Below are positions 52,701 through 61,700 of a DNA stretch of 64,000 nucleotides, in pieces. Position 1 is the stretch's first letter; each line of letters opens with the position of its first letter. Position numbers and translations under genes: made by a program. The notes below the pieces were generated by a model. That model worked only from the letters and a program-made list of their open reading frames with translations. It did not search any database and was not told the origin of the DNA. The DNA is from an uncultured bacterium (GTDB lineage Bacteria; Verrucomicrobiota; Verrucomicrobiia; Verrucomicrobiales; DEV007): the NCBI GenBank assembly GCA_963977015.1, contig CAXBMO010000003.1:224001-288000 (forward strand), written 5' to 3'.

Positions 52701-55700
52701 TTCCGAAGTCGCCAACACTCGACTGAAAATAGAGATGGCTGTCGAAGGTTCCGTTCGAGATTCCCGCTTCGAACTCAATTGACGTCAGGGTCACGGATTC
52801 ACCGATAGCCGGTGTGACGATAAATTCGAAATAGTTGGTACCGGTCCCGTCCAGCAGGTTGTCAAGCGCGGCATCCTCGCTGCCTGGCGCCGCGCTCGCC
52901 CGAATCAACGCGGTTTTTGAAGATCCGGAGACGAAGATCTCTCCTGAACTTCCTTTGGCCTGCAGAGATACCGATACAAGATCGGCAGCTTCGCTGTCCG
53001 GAGCGATGTTCTGGGTGCTGGAGGAAGGGTTCAGGTCGAACCGCGCCAGCTCCTCCGTGTTGGCTATCGTATAGGTGAATTCCTCGTCTGCGGTGTCTCC
53101 CGAATTCAGGGAATCTGACGCACCGGGATCCACCGTGTAGGAGTAACTCCCGTCCGGATTAATCGTCAACTGCCCGTAGGCGCCGTCAACAACGGTTGCT
53201 CCATTGACCCTGCCGCCTGCATTGGAACCAACAGGCGTCCCGCTCCCGGTGTATTCGGCCTGCGTAACCACCACGCTGCCATTTCCGGCTGCTGGGTCGT
53301 CGTCACCATCAACATCCAGGTCCGCTCCGTCATTCGGAGAAACTCCGTCCCCCCCCATCACATTGCCTTTGGTTCCGCTGGAGGTCTCACCGTCTCCACC
53401 GACGACGACCGTCTGGTTATTTTCCCCACCGGGTTCGACCGCGAAGTTTTCATCGTCTACAATCTGCGGTGCGTCGTTGGCCCCTTGGATCGTTACGGTG
53501 AGGGTTGCAAACTGGGAATTGATCCCGGTGACGTCCAGCATCTCCCCACCCAGGAGAATGTTGTCGAGGAGTGAATCCCGGTAGGCCGCGATCCCCAGTG
53601 ACGTAATTTCCTGTTGCGCGGCTATCGCCGTCCCGTGCAACGCTCCTGAATAGTTCGCCTCGGGTAGTTCGGGATTGTCCGTTAAATTCGGATCCACCCA
53701 AACATCAATCGTTTCGACACCATCGACCAAATTCAGGCGTCCAACAACGAGGTGCGTCTGGCCGGGCGTAAACAAGCCTTCCCTTACTTCAAAACTACCT
53801 TCGGTCACCCCGACAACGAGATCCCCTCCGCTGGCGAACACCCCAAAGTCATTTTCTGGCTCGTAATTCAGAATGCCATTCGCGTCATTGGCTTTTGAAT
53901 TGAAAGTGATTCCCCCGACGCCGTCGTCGTTCTGATCATCCACGTTCTGCACCAGGAAGGAGAACCAGACTTCGCTGGCCATCGGTTCCTGCAGATTTGC
54001 AACCACCTGCCGCGGACCGCCGTAATCACCCTCCGCGGCCTTGTCCGATGGCGGGATGTTGTAAAGCTCGGAAACCAATCCGTCGCTCACCGCATTGATC
54101 GTAGATGTACCTCCCCACGCGCCGTTCAGGCCTTGACCGTGGGTGGTCCCGATACTGGCGCCGTCAGACAGGGATGAAAAATCAACTTTCACACTCGGGT
54201 TCGCCGTCGTGGTATCCTGCACCTTGTAGACAAATGTGTCGGTCAAGGTGTCGCCCGAATCCAGCGCCTGGACCGCCGCATTGGCATCATCAACCGTGTA
54301 GGTGAACGACCCATTGGCTCCGATCTGAATCGACCCAAAGTTGCCCGTGGCGGTATCTCCCGCCGCGGTCGTGGCGTCGCCGGAATCACTGCCGCTTCCG
54401 AAAGCGACGACCGACAAATTCCCGACATCGTCGGTATCGATATCACTATCGTTGCTCAACACATTTCCCGTCCCGGTGAAACCCGTCCGGATTCCCGCCT
54501 CCACCGCGATGGACGTGTCGCTGACTGCAACCGGAATGTCGTTCGTTCCCCGAACTTCGATGGCAAGGTTGCCCGTGTCCGTGCTGACTTCACCCACGAT
54601 TCCGCGGACCACCAGATTGTCCAACCGGTTGATGAACTCGTTGTCGATGGAATCGTCCGAAAAGGTGAAGCGGAACGTCACCGGGCCGGTCAGGTTCTGG
54701 AATTCGCTTCCCAGGTTCAAAACGGACGTCTCTCGCGTGACAGCATTTACGTCCCCCACGTCCTGGAACGGTTGAACGAATGCGTCGGCATCATGCAACG
54801 CCGTCTGAAAATTGTCGAGGCTCGACGACCAATGCACGCGGGAGCTTGTCCCGCTGGTTACCGTCCCCGCATTGTTGGCAAAATGCTCGAATTCCAGCGC
54901 CGTCAGCGAAATCGTCTCACCGGGATTCGGCGTAATGGTGAACTCAAAGTAGTCATCGTCCGTCAAGGCTGATGCCTGGTCCGAAGCAGTGCCATCGCCA
55001 CGAATCAAGGCAGTGTAGGTGGAACCGGAAATGAAGGTATCGCCTGTATTCGCAGTCGACGATACGCTGACGCTTCCTGCATCGATGGCAGCATGTGGCG
55101 AACTCGGCGAACCATTTCCCTGAAACGCATAGGTCGTCAGCGTTGTTTCGGTGAGTCCGGGCTGATCGGAAACGGTGTAGACGAATTCCTCAACCGGTGC
55201 GTCTCCCGCGTCCAACTGATCTGCCACGGTTTCATCAACCGTGTAGGTGTAGCTGCCATCGGACCAGATTTCGAGGGAACCATAGGCTCCATCGACGCGG
55301 ACCGAACCGTCCACAGCCACCGCGCCGCCAAAATAGGTCGCGCCGCTAAACGGAGCCCCGGAAAACGTGACATTGGTCACATAGAGTTTCTCCCTAACCT
55401 TCAGATCGGCGTCGGTGTCGGGAACATCGCCCGCACTGGCTCCGCTGCCGCCGCCCAACGATCCGATCACGTTGCCGCTGGGATTGATCCCCAAAATCCC
55501 GTTTTCGACGCCCCCGGCTTCCACCGCGATATTCGTGTCGTCGTTAGCGACGGGCGCATCGTTGTTCCCCTGGACCGTAATCGTCAGAGTATCGGAGTCA
55601 CTGGCCGACTGAACTCCGGCGATGTAAACCGGATCGACCGCATTCGCGACACCACTGCTGTAACGCAGATAGCGGAAGCTCTCCACGCCAAACCGGTCGG

Positions 55701-58700
55701 CCGTCAACGCAAGACCGCGAACCGCGACGGTTGTGCCGTAAGGCGTTTTCGTAAAGGTGCCATTTTCTACGTCATTTAGAGTGTTCGGCACACTTCCCAT
55801 CTCGAAGACCTCAACCGCTACCGACGAAACGTTGTCCCACCAATAATCCCCGCTGGCGAAGCTTACGGCATCGGACCAGTTCACCCCATCCAGACTGACT
55901 TGGGCCACAATCGGATCTCCATCCCCCACTTCGAAAAACAGGGCGGAATTCACCGAACGGTCGAACTCGACCGTCATTCCGACATTGGTGCCGGCTTCCA
56001 ATTCCGATGCCGTGGCATATTTCGGGTTGGCAAGGCCGGTATCAAAGGCGTCATCCTCGAGGGCCAAGGCGCGATCTCCCTGCGCAGGCACGCCGGTTGC
56101 TCCACCTTCCGTGAAGAGAACGGAAGCATTCTCCCCACGAAATTGCGTCACTTGAACGCCGACCAGGTCGCCGGATGTCAGGACAAACGAGTCACCGGAC
56201 GCATTCTCCACGGTGATATTGGCAAGTTGATTGTTCCCATCGAGTTCCAACCCGATGATGGCCGACACCTCCACTTCGTCTTCTCCTCCATCCTCGATCG
56301 TGTAAGTAAAGGTCTCCGTGATGCTCTCATCACCGGCAAGTTCATCGGCCACAGCCTGATCGATCGTGTAAGTGTAGCTGCCGTTCGGCGAAATCGTCAG
56401 GTAGCCGTATTGCCCATCGACGACCGTTGCGCCCGAAACATCGCCACCGGCATTTGATCCCCGCGGCGTTCCTTCGCCACTGTATCGAATCTGGGTAACC
56501 GCGACGTTGGTTCCATCGAGCGCATCATCCGCGTCCGTGTCGGCGGCATCGGCAAATCCGTCTCCGTAATCGGTGTCGATCAAGACATTCCCGCTGGCCG
56601 TCCCCGGGGTGGAACCGCCTCCCCCGGCGATCTGCTCACCGTTCGCTGTCGCACCATGCTCGACCGCGAAGTTTGTGTCGGCATTGGCGACCGGGGCATC
56701 GTTCGTGCCGGTGATGGTCACGGTCAGGGTCGCGTAGTTGGCTGGCTGCAGTGTTGCGGGATCAGCCACGCCGGTCACGTCATGCTGACTTTCGCCCAGA
56801 AGGATGTTGTCCAGATTCCCATTGCCGTAAGCCACAATCCCAAGAGAGGCGATCTCCTGTGCCAGTGCGGAGGCGGATCCGGACCAGGTGGCGGTTGGCA
56901 AGACCGGGTCGCCGGTCAAATTCGGATCGACCCAAATATCGAGGGATTCCGTCCCGACTTCGAGATTCAACCGCCCAACCACCAGATGCGTAACGCTTCC
57001 TGTGGTATCAAAAACGTTGTCCGTCTCATTGCCGTTCACCGCCAGTTTCGATCCGCTGGCCAGAATCCCGAAATCATAGTCAGGATCGTAAACCGGTCCG
57101 GATGACGGATTATTCGGATTGAGCGTGATCCCCGAAACTGCGCTGGAACTGTTGTTCCGCACCAGGAAAGAGAACCACACCTCACCTTGCATTGCCGTTT
57201 CCAGATCCGCTACGACTTGCCGGTGATTGGTGTCATGCCCCGTCGCCGAAACATTATCCGATTGCGTCACATTATAGAGGGACGACGACAGACCTCCAGT
57301 CTTGGAATAGACGTTCGAAGAGCCGTCCCAACTCCCCGTGATTCCGTCCCCAAACGATTTCCCCTTGAAGCCGCCGCTTACGTCGCTGAAATCGACCGCC
57401 ACAGAGGGCTCCGCATCCCCGGGTGCCGGAGCTGTGGCATCCTGCGAATCTCCATCCTGAACGTTGTAGATAAACGTGTCCGTCAGCGTTTCTCCGGACA
57501 AAAGTCCATCAACCGTGGAGTTGGAATCATCGACCGTGTAGGTATAAGCCCCGTCCGCGTTCAACTGAAGGGTGCCGTAATTTCCCGCCACAGAACCGCC
57601 CGCATCCGTGGTCGCCCCCGCGACCTCATCGCCACTTCCGAAACGAACAACTCCAAACTCGCCGGCGGCATCGTCGACATCAGAATCATTGGTGAGCACA
57701 TTGCCAGTGGCTTTGGAACCGGGAGACGCTCCCCTTTCCTTCGCCTGTGCGGTGTCATCGGCCGCCACGGGCAAGTCGTTAACCGCAACTACTGCGGTAT
57801 CCACCACAACCCCTCCGCTCACTTCTCCAGAGAGCGTTAAGTTATCGAACTCCAATCGGTTGCCGTTTCCGGGAGCGTAGACGTAAATTCGCGCCTCTAA
57901 ATCTCCGCTCAGGTTCTTCAGGGCGCCGTAGGTCGAAAGATCGACGTCAAACGGCGTCTGCGCGTGTCGCGACGTCGTGATGTCCTGGCTCACCACCTCG
58001 GTGTAGCTGGAGAAGTCGTCGTCGCTAAACCGAATGCTGATCCCACGGGTTCCGCTTCCGCCTTTGGAAACCTCAAACTGTAACTGAGTAAGATTGTAAG
58101 GCGTCGCACCCGATGAGATCGAAAACTCAACATAGGTGTCGTTTTCAACCGCATCCGCCAATGTCGGGGAATTGGAATCCGCTGGTGAAACCCCGAGAAC
58201 CTTTGAAGGGTAGCTTCCCTGATAATCGGTCGCGAAATACAGCACATTTCCTTTGGATATGTCGGAAATCGTGAATCCGTCTCCCTCGACATCCGGGGCG
58301 AAGTCAGCATTTCCGTCTTGAAAGTCCCAGCTTGCCAATGTCAGGCTCGTTCCCGGATTTGTGGCCAGATCACCGTCAAAGAATCGAAAGGAAACCTCCC
58401 GGTTCGGAGAGGTGGTGGGGTTTTCGCTGACATTCTCGAAAGTGATTTTCCGCAGTGCATCTTGGAAATCGGCAAGTGTAGCATTGGAATTGGATGCTGC
58501 GATTTCGATGTGGTCCGCGCTGAACGAAACGCTCAAATTCGAACTGATCTCATTCACATCGAGGTAAAGCTGATCCTCGCCCGGGACAAAACCGGATGTG
58601 ATCGTTGCGGATGCCACATAGTTGGAAGAGTCCAAACTCGCACGACTATCGCCATCCGCGAGGTCATTGGTATCCGGATCAGTCAGCGTCAGGCCGGGAT

Positions 58701-61700
58701 GGATCGCTGTCGGTCCATCGTTTTCGGTGAAGCTCAGAGTTGCATCAGAAGCGATGGTTGCCGCGTCATCAGCCCCTTGCACCGTGATCGTTACCGTTGC
58801 TGTGCCGGTTTCTCCGTTCCCGTCGGAAACGGTGTAGGTGAATGTGTCTTCGACGCTTTGGCCTGGCAACAACCCCTGAAATTCAGCCACCCCGGTTGGA
58901 TCATACGAGAACGAGCCGTCACTATCGACCACAACGGTGGCACCTTTCACCGACGAAGCATCAAAACCTACCACCTGAAGACTGTCGTTCTCCGGATCGG
59001 TGTCATTGTCCAAAACACCATCGGTCACATCGATTTCCAAAACCGTATCCTCATCGGCATCAAAACTGTCGTCCACCGGATTTGGTGGATCGTTAACGGG
59101 CACGATGCTTGTGTCGACAACAACACTGTGACCAACCTCCCCAGTGAGCGAAAAATTATCGAACTCCAATCGATTGCCGTTTCCGGGAGCGTAGACGTAA
59201 ATGCGCGCCTTGAGATCTCCGTTCAGGTTTTTCAGAGCGTCGTAGGTCGAAAGATCGACGTCAAACGGAGTCTGCGCGTGTCGCGACGTTGTGATGTCCT
59301 GGCTCACCACCTCGGTGTAGCTGGAGAAGTCGTCGTCGCTAAACCGAATGCTGATCCCACGGGTTCCGCTTCCGCCTTTGGAAACTTCAAACGCCAGGCG
59401 AGATAGATTGTAGGCCGCTCCATTCGAAGAAATAGTGAACTCAACGTAGGTATTGTTCGCAACCGCTTGTGCCAGCGTCGGAGAGTTCGTATCCGCAGGT
59501 GAAACGCCGAGAACCTTTGAGGGGTAGTCTCCCTTATAATCCGTCGCAAAATAAAGCACATTGCCCTTGGTGATGTCGGAGATTGTGAACCCGGTCGCAG
59601 TGACATCCGGGCTGAAATCAGCATTACCGTCTTCAAAATCCCAATTCGCAATGGTCTGAGAAGTCGTTGGGTCCGTAATCTGATCTCCATCGAAAAAGCC
59701 GAAGACAATTTCGCGGTTCGAAATGGTGGGGTTGTCACTGGTGTTTTCGAAAGTGACCTTTCGCAGGGCATCTTCAAAATCCGCAAGCGTCGAACTCGAA
59801 TTGTCAGCCGTAATCGTAACGAAACTCTTATCCGCACTAACCGAGACATTCAGATTCGAACTGATGGATCCGGTATCGAGTGCCAATTGGTCTTGCCCAT
59901 CAACAAATCCGGTTCCGATTGCCGCTATTGCCACGAAGTTCGATGTATCGAGATTCGACCTTGCGTCACCATCGGCGATGTCGTTCGTGTCCGGGTCGGT
60001 CAGGCTCAACGTGGGATGAACCACGGTGGGACCTTCACCTTCCGTAAATGTGAGTACCGAGTCCGCGGAAATTGCGGGGCCGTCATCAGCTCCCTGCACG
60101 GTGATGGTAACGGTAGCCGTGTCGGTCCCACCGTTCCCGTCGCTATTGGTGTAGGTGAAGGTGTCATTCACGGTTTGCCCGGGCAAAAGTCCCTGCAATT
60201 CGGCAGAACCAGTCGGATCATAAGAGAAGCTGCCGTTTGCGTTCATCGAAACAACAGCCCCTTTGTCAGACGTCGCATCAAAAGCCTGAACTTGAAGCGT
60301 GTCGTTATCCACATCCGTATCGTTATTTAGGACACCACTCGCAACATCAACATCCAAGACAGTGTCTTCGCTGGTGGTATAGGTGTCGTCCACCGCATCC
60401 GGAGCATCGTTCCGCCCCTCAACCGTAACCGTCACCTCCGCAGAGGCAGCACCGATCACTGCATACGCGGAATTGTCCATCCGAATGGCATCGACAATGC
60501 CGCCTTCCGCAGGAGATGAGCTTGACCACTCCGCATTCGTTGCATAGCTGACAATACCGAGGCGGCTGATGCTGTCACCGAAATCGCCAGTGCCTGAGTA
60601 AGCCGGACCTTGCGTCGTGCCGTTGACGGGATCGGGATCCACCCATACTTCGATCGTATCATTGGCCCCAGCACCGATATTCAGGCGTCCCACGACCAAT
60701 GAAGTCTGGCCATCCGTAAACTGGTTGGGGACCGTGACATCCGTGGTCCCAGTACCGTTGGGCAGTCGAATCTGAAGCCCCGTCCCATTTGCCACAACTT
60801 GGAACGTCGCCGCATCGTAGTCGGTGGAATCCGTCAAATTAAAGGCCAGCCCGCCTTTCGCATCTTCGCCAACCGGATTCTGCACGAGATAGGAAAACCA
60901 CACTTCCCCGTCGAGGGGCGTGGTTAGGGCACGGTTCAGGTTTTTGAACTGGGTGTAATCGCCTTGCACGGCCCGGCTATTGCCTTCCTGCGTCACGTTG
61001 TAACCCGGGTAAGTAAGGTCCATCCCCACCACCCGGATGGTACCGGTTCCGCCTCCCCAACTTCCACTTAGCCCGGTTCCGCCTCCCTGGCCGCTCATGT
61101 TCGAAGTGGTGCCCAGGTCATTGGCGTCAAACATCACCGCGGCGTCCCCGGGTTGATTCCCATCGCTCACAAAATAGGTGAAGGTGTCGGTCACGGTTTG
61201 GCCCGGAAGCAAGCTTTGAAGCTCGGCTGACGCGGTGGGATCGTAGGTAAAGCCGCCATTCACATCCACGGTCACGGCCGCTCCGTTCGCGGAAACGGTT
61301 GTCCAAGGTACGATGCTGATGCTGTCGCCATCTGGGTCGCTGTCGTTCGTGAGGATACCTTTCGGATCCGTCAGTTTGGCGACATCCGGTGTCGAAAGCG
61401 CGGTATCCCAGAAGGCGGCTTCATCGATGAGGCCGCCAAAATCGCGATCTCCATTGTTGTTGGTGGGGCTTCCAAGCCGGATATTATTCAGATTGAAGGT
61501 GTTTCCGGTGTGCTGACTGCTGAGCTCCTCCGCACCATCGACATGAAGCTTGACCTCATTCGCGGTCTTATCCCAGGAGAAGATGATTTGGTGCCATTGG
61601 CCGTCGCGATAATCCGTTCCCGAGGTGAAAGCATTGACACTACTTGCGCCCTGAATGTACATCTGCAATTCACCATCGGCCCGGAGATTGACATGCATTT

